Source: Planctopirus limnophila DSM 3776 (GTDB taxonomy: Bacteria > Planctomycetota > Planctomycetia > Planctomycetales > Planctomycetaceae). Taken from it: a DNA stretch of 32,000 nt. The notes below the pieces were generated by a model. That model did not search any database. It had not been told where the DNA came from and saw nothing but the letters and a program-made list of their open reading frames with translations. The translations under genes were made by a program, and so were the position numbers. The DNA is taken from contig NC_014148.1 in NCBI RefSeq assembly GCF_000092105.1, positions 930,001 to 962,000 of the forward strand. Reading direction: 5' to 3'. This document shows, piece after piece, positions 26,263-32,000 of this stretch. Every line of letters starts with the position of its first letter. The stretch's first letter is position 1.

Positions 26263-26337
26263 TCCCTGTGAGACTGACTTTCTCAGTTGAGCCAGTGCTC
26301 GCTTCGCCTTTATCCAGATCATGACTTTTTCGTTGAA

Positions 26338-27780
26338 ATGAACCAGACAATGCAGTTGCCGATCATCTCGCTCGACGAAACGCCCAGCTTGCCACAAGCT
26401 AGTACTGGCCCCCAAACCAACTCGAAAGGGACATACGCCTTCGTCAGCCTGGGTTGCCCCAAAAATCTCGTCGATAGCGAACGTATGCTCGGTACGCTCT
26501 CCGAGGAAGGCTACTCGCTGGTTCCTAATCCCGAAGGAGCCGATTTCGTCGTCATCAATACTTGCGGCTTCATCGACAGTGCCCGCGAAGAATCAAAATC
26601 GGTCATCCGCGAAATGCTCCAACTCAAGTCTCACGGCGGAACTCGTGGTGTCATCGTCGCTGGCTGTCTGCCAGAACGTATGGGTGGCGCACTCCTGCAG
26701 GAAATCCCGGAGATCGACCATGTCATGGGTGTCTTCAGCCGGGAAGAAATTGGCAAAGTCGCCGATCGAATGGTCGGTGGAGCACGCGAACAACGCGAAG
26801 TTTTCCGTCCAGCCCCCATCCGGGCCATGGATGACCGATTGCGTTTAAGAGTCACTCCCAAACACTTCGCCTATCTCAAAATCTCAGAAGGTTGTGATCG
26901 AACCTGTACGTTTTGTGCGATTCCTAAAATGCGTGGGAAGCACATCACTAAGCCAATCGAGATGGTCATTCAGGAAGCTCGGGAGCTGGCTGCGGATGGC
27001 GTCAAAGAACTGATTCTTGTGGCCCAGGATACGACCTACTATGGACTCGATCTGTATGGTCGAGTGCGTCTGGCAGAACTGCTTCGAGAAGTGGAAAAAG
27101 TCGAGGGGATTCAGTGGATCCGCCTGATGTACCTTTACCCGATTCACTTCACTGATGAACTGATCGATACCATTGCCGGCTCAGGCAAGATTCTGCCTTA
27201 TCTCGATCTCCCCTTGCAGCACATTAACGACACGATGCTGCGGAGAATGCAGCGTCGCACGAACAGAGCTGCCACCGTGGAATTACTCGATAAACTGCAG
27301 GATCGGATTGCGAATCTTACGATCCGTACCACCTTCATCACGGGTTTCCCGGGAGAGACCGATGCCCAGTTTGAAGAACTCTGCCAGTTTGTCGATGAAG
27401 GTCGCTTTGCCAGATTAGGAGCGTTCACCTATTCCTATGAGCCGGGAACACCGGCTGTGCGACTCCCCGATCATCTTCCCGAAGATGTCAAAGCAGCCCG
27501 GCGTGATCGACTCATGGAAATTCAGCAGCCGCATGCGTTTGCCTTTGCTGATCAATGGATTGGCTATGAACTCGATGCCGTACTCGACCGCAAGATCGAC
27601 GAGCAGACGTGGCTCGGCCGCTGCTTTTTCGATGCGCCAGACATCGACGCGAATGTCTTCGTGACTGGTGAAAACCTTCGCGCAGGTCAGATGATTCCCG
27701 TCGAAATCACGGCTCGCGACGGCTACGACTTGCGGGCAGTCGCAATCCCGAATGACGCCGATCTTCCAGCTGGCGATTAA
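26338..27780 (+). CDS. rimO: Ribosomal protein S12 methylthiotransferase RimO (radical SAM + TRAM)
   Basis: YAFVSLGCPKNLVDSERMLG, INTCGFI and ISEGCDRTCTFCAIPKMRGKH (CxxxCxxC), with a C-terminal TRAM-like domain. The ORF opens at TTG 26287; ATG 26338 is preferred. Confidence 0.9.
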   Translation: MNQTMQLPIISLDETPSLPQASTGPQTNSKGTYAFVSLGCPKNLVDSERMLGTLSEEGYSLVPNPEGADFVVINTCGFIDSAREESKSVIREMLQLKSHGGTRGVIVAGCLPERMGGALLQEIPEIDHVMGVFSREEIGKVADRMVGGAREQREVFRPAPIRAMDDRLRLRVTPKHFAYLKISEGCDRTCTFCAIPKMRGKHITKPIEMVIQEARELAADGVKELILVAQDTTYYGLDLYGRVRLAELLREVEKVEGIQWIRLMYLYPIHFTDELIDTIAGSGKILPYLDLPLQHINDTMLRRMQRRTNRAATVELLDKLQDRIANLTIRTTFITGFPGETDAQFEELCQFVDEGRFARLGAFTYSYEPGTPAVRLPDHLPEDVKAARRDRLMEIQQPHAFAFADQWIGYELDAVLDRKIDEQTWLGRCFFDAPDIDANVFVTGENLRAGQMIPVEITARDGYDLRAVAIPNDADLPAGD

Positions 27781-27863
27781 ATCTCCAGTGGATGTTTGTT
27801 ATCAATCCTCTACTGTTAAACAACTTGTGACATTCTCTGTGTCTTCTGCTTGCATACAGTTGT

Positions 27864-27892
27864 TGTGACAATTATTGTTTAAACAATAGAAT
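27864..27892 (+). promoter_or_regulatory. Candidate promoter TTGTGA-N17-TAGAAT with an embedded perfect 14-bp palindrome ATTGTTTAAACAAT (27874-27887)
   Basis: Hexamers and spacing were read directly. The palindrome occupies the spacer and overlaps the first base of the -10. The element is about 50 nt upstream of the antiporter ATG 27943. Confidence 0.35.
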
Positions 27893-27942
27893 TTTCGCAG
27901 CTTGGTAGACTAATAGGGTGGTTCGGGGATTTTGTACTCATC

Positions 27943-29430
27943 ATGGAGATTCCATCCAGCGATCCTCCGGCTCACAGCGCGTTAAAGATCAACGTGTGGA
28001 AATTCTGGGCCACCTATCTGGTCACGATTGTCGTCGCCATCTTCATTGTGGTCATCATCTGCCAGTCTGGCGAACAGCTGCTGGTGAATCGCAGTCATTC
28101 CGTCAACAGTATCGCCGACGAACCTCAGGACTCAACCACAGCCAAACCTCAGGGACATGCCGTTCATCTGGTGGCACAACTCATGTTTGCCATGGCCGCG
28201 GTCTTAATTGTCGGTCGCTGCCTGGGTCAGGTGTGCCACCGGCTGAATCAACCGGCTGTGATTGGTGAAGTTCTTGCCGGGATTGCCCTGGGCCCATCGC
28301 TGCTTGGAGCCACTTTCCCGCAAGCCACAGCCACGCTCTTTCCTGACACCGTGATGCCGGCTCTCAGTGTGATTGCCCAGTTGGGGGTGATCCTGTACAT
28401 GCTGAACGTGGGCCTGGAGTTCGACATCTCGGCACTTCGTTCGAAAGGCCATCAGTCCCTTGCCATATCTCATGGAAGTATCATTTTCCCCATGATTCTC
28501 GGCTGCATGGCTGCGATTGCCCTTTATCCGTCACTGGCTGGCGAAGCTGCCAGTTTTACCCCCTTTGTTCTATTCGTGGGTGTCAGCCTTTCGATTACGG
28601 CTTTTCCTGTGCTGGCTCGTATTCTCGCCGATCGCGGGATGTCACAGACTCCGCTGGGTGTCATGGCACTCACTTGTGCCGCTGCGGACGATGTGACCGC
28701 CTGGTGCCTGCTAGCGATTGTCATCGGAATCGTCCAATCGACTGCGGCCGATGCCATCAGGGTTGTCAGCTGTGCTGTCATGTACTGCCTGTTCATGCTG
28801 CTGGCCTTTAAACCCTTGTTAACCCGCATCACGACATCCTCCACTGTGGCCGGGATCCAGAATTCTGGCGGCGAAGAAATGGGTGAAAGCCGCAGTTCAA
28901 GCCAGGTGATCTTCCTGCTGGCTTTGGGACTCATCTCGGCTGGAATCACTGATTTGATCGGGATTCATGCACTTTTTGGTGCGTTTTTTTTCGGTGCACT
29001 GATCTCGCACCAATCGGCCGCAGGGAAGGGACTTGCCAGTTTGCTCAACTCCTTCGCACCCGTCATGCTCCCCGCGTTTTTTGCCATCACGGGTTTGCGC
29101 ACACAAATCGGTCTGCTCTCCTCCTTCACTGATATGCTTATCTGCCTGACGCTCATCGCAATGGCAATTCTTGGAAAATTCGGCGGCAGCTATCTTGCGG
29201 CACGTTGGTCGAACGTATCGCACTTCGATGCATTGCGCATTGGCTCGCTGATGAACACCCGCGGGTTGATGGAGTTGATCGTCTTGAATCTCGGCCTCGA
29301 TCTGGGTGTTCTCTCTCCCAAACTGTTCACGATGCTGGTCATTATGGCCATTGTCACCACGATGATGACCGGCCCCTGGCTCGCATGGATCGACCGGAAA
29401 GAAAAATCCAGTCCGCCATCCCTCAATTGA
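27943..29430 (+). CDS. Cation:proton antiporter (CPA2 / Kef-NapA-type Na+ or K+/H+ exchanger)
   Basis: About 12-13 hydrophobic helices. QPAVIGEVLAGIALGPSLLG, LGVILYMLNVGLEFD, SITAFPVLARILADRGM, AAADDVTAWCLLA and FFAITGLRT are typical Na_H_Exchanger-family blocks. Confidence 0.85.
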   Translation: MEIPSSDPPAHSALKINVWKFWATYLVTIVVAIFIVVIICQSGEQLLVNRSHSVNSIADEPQDSTTAKPQGHAVHLVAQLMFAMAAVLIVGRCLGQVCHRLNQPAVIGEVLAGIALGPSLLGATFPQATATLFPDTVMPALSVIAQLGVILYMLNVGLEFDISALRSKGHQSLAISHGSIIFPMILGCMAAIALYPSLAGEAASFTPFVLFVGVSLSITAFPVLARILADRGMSQTPLGVMALTCAAADDVTAWCLLAIVIGIVQSTAADAIRVVSCAVMYCLFMLLAFKPLLTRITTSSTVAGIQNSGGEEMGESRSSSQVIFLLALGLISAGITDLIGIHALFGAFFFGALISHQSAAGKGLASLLNSFAPVMLPAFFAITGLRTQIGLLSSFTDMLICLTLIAMAILGKFGGSYLAARWSNVSHFDALRIGSLMNTRGLMELIVLNLGLDLGVLSPKLFTMLVIMAIVTTMMTGPWLAWIDRKEKSSPPSLN

Positions 29431-29470
29431 AACACATCAGTATGGGATTGTTGCGGGTGTTCCTGGTGGC

Positions 29471-29815
29471 TCAGCCGAGTTTGGAGCCATTCGGCACCGC
29501 TTGATCAGGAACAGCGAGAATGACCGATCCATCGGGATGGTAAAACCCTGTCACCAGACATTCCGACTGGACAGGGCCGATCTGTTTCACTGGAAAATTG
29601 ACGACACCAATCACCTGCTTCCCGAGAAGTTGCTCCTTCTCATACCGTGTTGTGATCTGGGCGCTCGATTTCTTCAGCCCAATGGCCTCGCCAAAGTCGA
29701 TGGTCAATCGATAAGCCGGCTTTCGAGCTTCGGGAAAATCGTGGACTTCGACAATCGTGCCCACACGCAATTCGACCTGCTCAAAATCATCCCAACTGAT
29801 CAATTCTTGTCGCAT
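29471..29815 (-). CDS. tRNA-binding domain protein (CsaA/EMAP-type OB fold)
   Basis: [37 protein letters not shown]...KSSAQIT...[29 protein letters not shown] 29815 gives the usual size of about 114 aa. The ORF is open up to 29926. Confidence 0.8.
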   Translation of the reverse strand: MRQELISWDDFEQVELRVGTIVEVHDFPEARKPAYRLTIDFGEAIGLKKSSAQITTRYEKEQLLGKQVIGVVNFPVKQIGPVQSECLVTGFYHPDGSVILAVPDQAVPNGSKLG

Positions 29816-30063
29816 GGCCGGGCGATTCAATTCGGTAATCCTTTTCGCTGGTGTGTTTATCACAACGCCAGATGTTGACAGTGCGATCCAGTCACAGGTT
29901 CTCAATTTTTCAACGGCTTTTCGCATCTCTTTCAGCGAGTTCCAGCGACTTTAAGCCTGCCAGCCAGCGTCTTGTCAGGAATTTGCCGTTCGCTGTGCGA
30001 GCCTGCCTCTGTCGGGTTATACTGCACTGAAACGCTTTCCTTAGCCTTTTCGGTGCAAAAACA

Positions 30064-31128
30064 ATGGCTTCGTTGACATACGAATCTGCAGGGGTTGATC
30101 TCAAGCTTTACGATGAGGCGATGAAGCGGCTGCCCGCGCTCATGGCTCGAACTCATACACCGCGGGTTGTGTCAATCAACGACGCTTTTGGCGGTTTGTT
30201 CCGACTCAATCACAGCCGCAAACCAGGGCAGCACAGTTACGAAGACCCTGTGCTGGTTTCGGGGACTGATGGCGTGGGTACCAAACTCAAAGTGGCGATT
30301 CAGCTCAAGAGCTATAAGACGGTTGGTATCGATCTGGTGGGGATGTCCGTCAACGATGTGCTCTGCATGGGAGCCGAGCCACTTTTCTTCCTAGATTATC
30401 TGGCTTTAGGAAAAGATGATCCTGATCTTGTCGCCAGCCTGGTCGAAGGAGTTGCTAAAGGCTGCGAAGAATGTGGAGCAGCTCTCTTAGGCGGCGAAAC
30501 CGCCATTATGCCGGATATCTATGCGGCTGGCGATTTTGATATGGCTGGCTTTTGTACGGGTGTCGTCGAACGCAAGCGGCTCATCGACGGAAAAGCAGTC
30601 AAACCCGGCGACGTGCTCATTGGTTTGCCTTCCAGTGGGTTCCACTCGAATGGTTACAGCCTCGTGCGCAAGGTGGTTTTCGAAGTCGCCAAACTCAAGG
30701 TCGAGCAACAGATTCCCGAACTCGGCACCACAGTCGGCGAAGCCTTGCTCAAGCCCACGCGGCTGTATGTTCGTCAGGTGCTGAGTGTCTTGCGACGATA
30801 CACCAGCCGGATTGCGGTGAGTGGGCTGGCACATATCACAGGTGGTGGTCTTCGCGATAACATCGAGCGATTTCTGCCGCCCGGCGCCCATGTGGTGATT
30901 GATCGAAAATCGTGGGAAATCCCGGCACTCTTCCGCTGGTTACAGTCGCTGGGTGGTATCGACCGGGAAGAGATGTACAAAGTCTTCAATATGGGGATCG
31001 GGTTTGTCCTGATTGTCAGACCGCAATTTGCTGCCAGTATTGAAAAGCAGCTTCTCGCTATGGGCGAAAATCCTGTTCGCATTGGCGAAGTCAAAAGTGG
31101 CGAAGCCGGCGTGGAGTACGTGGGATGA
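30064..31128 (+). CDS. purM: Phosphoribosylformylglycinamidine cyclo-ligase (AIR synthetase)
   Basis: YESAGVDL, GGLF, VSGTDGVGTKLKVA, GIDLVGMSVNDVLCMGAEPLFFLDYLA, LLGGETA, GLPSSGFHSNGYSL, AHITGGG, FNMGIGFVLIV. Confidence 0.95.
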   Translation: MASLTYESAGVDLKLYDEAMKRLPALMARTHTPRVVSINDAFGGLFRLNHSRKPGQHSYEDPVLVSGTDGVGTKLKVAIQLKSYKTVGIDLVGMSVNDVLCMGAEPLFFLDYLALGKDDPDLVASLVEGVAKGCEECGAALLGGETAIMPDIYAAGDFDMAGFCTGVVERKRLIDGKAVKPGDVLIGLPSSGFHSNGYSLVRKVVFEVAKLKVEQQIPELGTTVGEALLKPTRLYVRQVLSVLRRYTSRIAVSGLAHITGGGLRDNIERFLPPGAHVVIDRKSWEIPALFRWLQSLGGIDREEMYKVFNMGIGFVLIVRPQFAASIEKQLLAMGENPVRIGEVKSGEAGVEYVG

Positions 31129-31958
31129 CAACTGAAAATCGGCAGCTCCAGGCCAACTATCTGCGAGTGCTGATGGTTTTCTTCCGCAATGCTCTGGTGC
31201 GCGAGCTCTCGTTTCGCAGCAACTTCATGATCACGTTGTTCTCGCGACTTTTCTGGTTTGCGGCTCAAATCGTGATGTTCGATCTGATATTTCGCGTCGT
31301 CCCGCAAATCAACGAGTGGACGAGAGCCGAATACTTCGGATTTATGGCCACGGGCATGCTGATCAACGCGATCGTCGAGGCGATCTTTATGCCCAATTGT
31401 GCCAACTTCAGCGAGATGATCCGTACGGGTTCACTTGATTTTGCTTTGCTCAAGCCGATTGATACCCAATTCCTGGTCTCGTTTGAAAAAATGGATCTCT
31501 CCATGGCGAACCAGATTGTGTTCGCGATCGGGTTACTAGGCTACGCGATCTATCAGAATGGTGTCTGGCCCTCAGGATGGGTGCTGGTGATCTATCCGTT
31601 ATTGCTGCTCTCGGCTGTCGCCTTTTTCTACAGCCTCATGCTGGCACTGGCAGCGTCCAGTATCTGGTTGGGCAGAAACCAGGGTCTGCTCGATTTCTGG
31701 TTCTATGTGACCGTCTTTGCTCGCTACCCAGCCAGCATTTACAGCGGTTCGCCGATTGGAGAACTCATACGGTTCACATTCCAGTTCGTGATTCCCATTC
31801 TGCTGGTTGTGACTGTCCCCGCGCAGGTGGTGATGTCGATGATCACGGCGCCATCCCTGTGGACGTTATTGACCTTAGTCGCTGCTGGATTTTCGCTCAT
31901 ATGTTCGCGCTGGATCTTTCAGTTCGCACTGACCCAGTATCGCAGTGCCAGTTCTTGA
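31125..31958 (+). CDS. ABC-2-family transporter permease (uncharacterised ABC2_membrane_6-like type)
   Basis: Six predicted TM helices. The N-terminus YLRVLMVFFRNALVRELSFRSNFMI is typical of this permease family. ATGA overlap with purM. No ATPase gene lies inside the window. Confidence 0.7.
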   Translation: MTTENRQLQANYLRVLMVFFRNALVRELSFRSNFMITLFSRLFWFAAQIVMFDLIFRVVPQINEWTRAEYFGFMATGMLINAIVEAIFMPNCANFSEMIRTGSLDFALLKPIDTQFLVSFEKMDLSMANQIVFAIGLLGYAIYQNGVWPSGWVLVIYPLLLLSAVAFFYSLMLALAASSIWLGRNQGLLDFWFYVTVFARYPASIYSGSPIGELIRFTFQFVIPILLVVTVPAQVVMSMITAPSLWTLLTLVAAGFSLICSRWIFQFALTQYRSASS

Positions 31959-32000
31959 GCCTGTAGGGAGCCAGTTCGGAAGCAATCAGGCTGCATTGTT

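Noticed and set aside
28984-28991. T8 homopolymer inside the antiporter gene, plus T7/A7 runs at about 6316, 12672 and 14955, checked as further frameshift sites
   Set aside because: The reading frames pass through these runs intact (for example GAFFFGAL), so there is no evidence of disruption.
30774-31307. 177-aa minus-strand ORF across the purM / ABC-2 permease junction
   Set aside because: It is antisense to two confident genes joined by an ATGA overlap, and it has no motif.
1-32000. Window-wide scan for CRISPR arrays, IS elements, rRNA, prophage genes, toxin-antitoxin pairs and known defence genes
   Set aside because: No spaced repeat arrays, no transposase, integrase or recombinase motifs, and no rRNA-like segments were found. 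The only nuclease-fold gene is a solitary Uma2. Repeats found are limited to the 19-bp tandem repeat and short palindromes reported above.

Overview
This window looks like a mostly housekeeping chromosomal segment from a moderately GC-rich bacterium (roughly 50-55% GC by eye). The organism is probably PVC/Planctomycetes-like. That is an inference from a Minf_1886-family gene, a Uma2 (DUF820) gene, a long-form NfeD protease, BamD/LptE-type lipoproteins and unusually long intergenic gaps. I can support about 30 protein-coding genes, one tRNA-Leu(UAG) and a few promoter, operator or terminator-like elements. All calls come from motif recognition by eye; no database search was possible. Recognised genes include ribF, an NtrC-family sigma-54 activator with a stand-alone Hpt protein, a CDP-alcohol phosphatidyltransferase/acyltransferase/CdsA-paralog lipid operon, xylB, recO, bamD-like, lptE-like, rpsD, adk, rimO, purM, a SET-domain methyltransferase and a CPA2 antiporter. 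I see no rRNA, CRISPR array, IS/transposase, integrase or phage genes. I also see no convincing multi-gene defence or mobile system. The items most worth a second look are: (1) a run of 10 G that frameshifts the first gene of the lipid operon; (2) a 0.67-kb AT-rich ORFan with a perfect Shine-Dalgarno and a TTG start, sitting in 1.4 kb of otherwise unassigned DNA; (3) a near-consensus sigma-54 promoter with palindromes upstream of a lipid kinase / enhancer-binding protein / Hpt cluster that has no sensor kinase; (4) a bacterial SET-domain protein with a complete post-SET zinc motif; (5) a 920-bp gap with no credible gene. One real-looking partial gene at the left edge is missing from the supplied ORF track.
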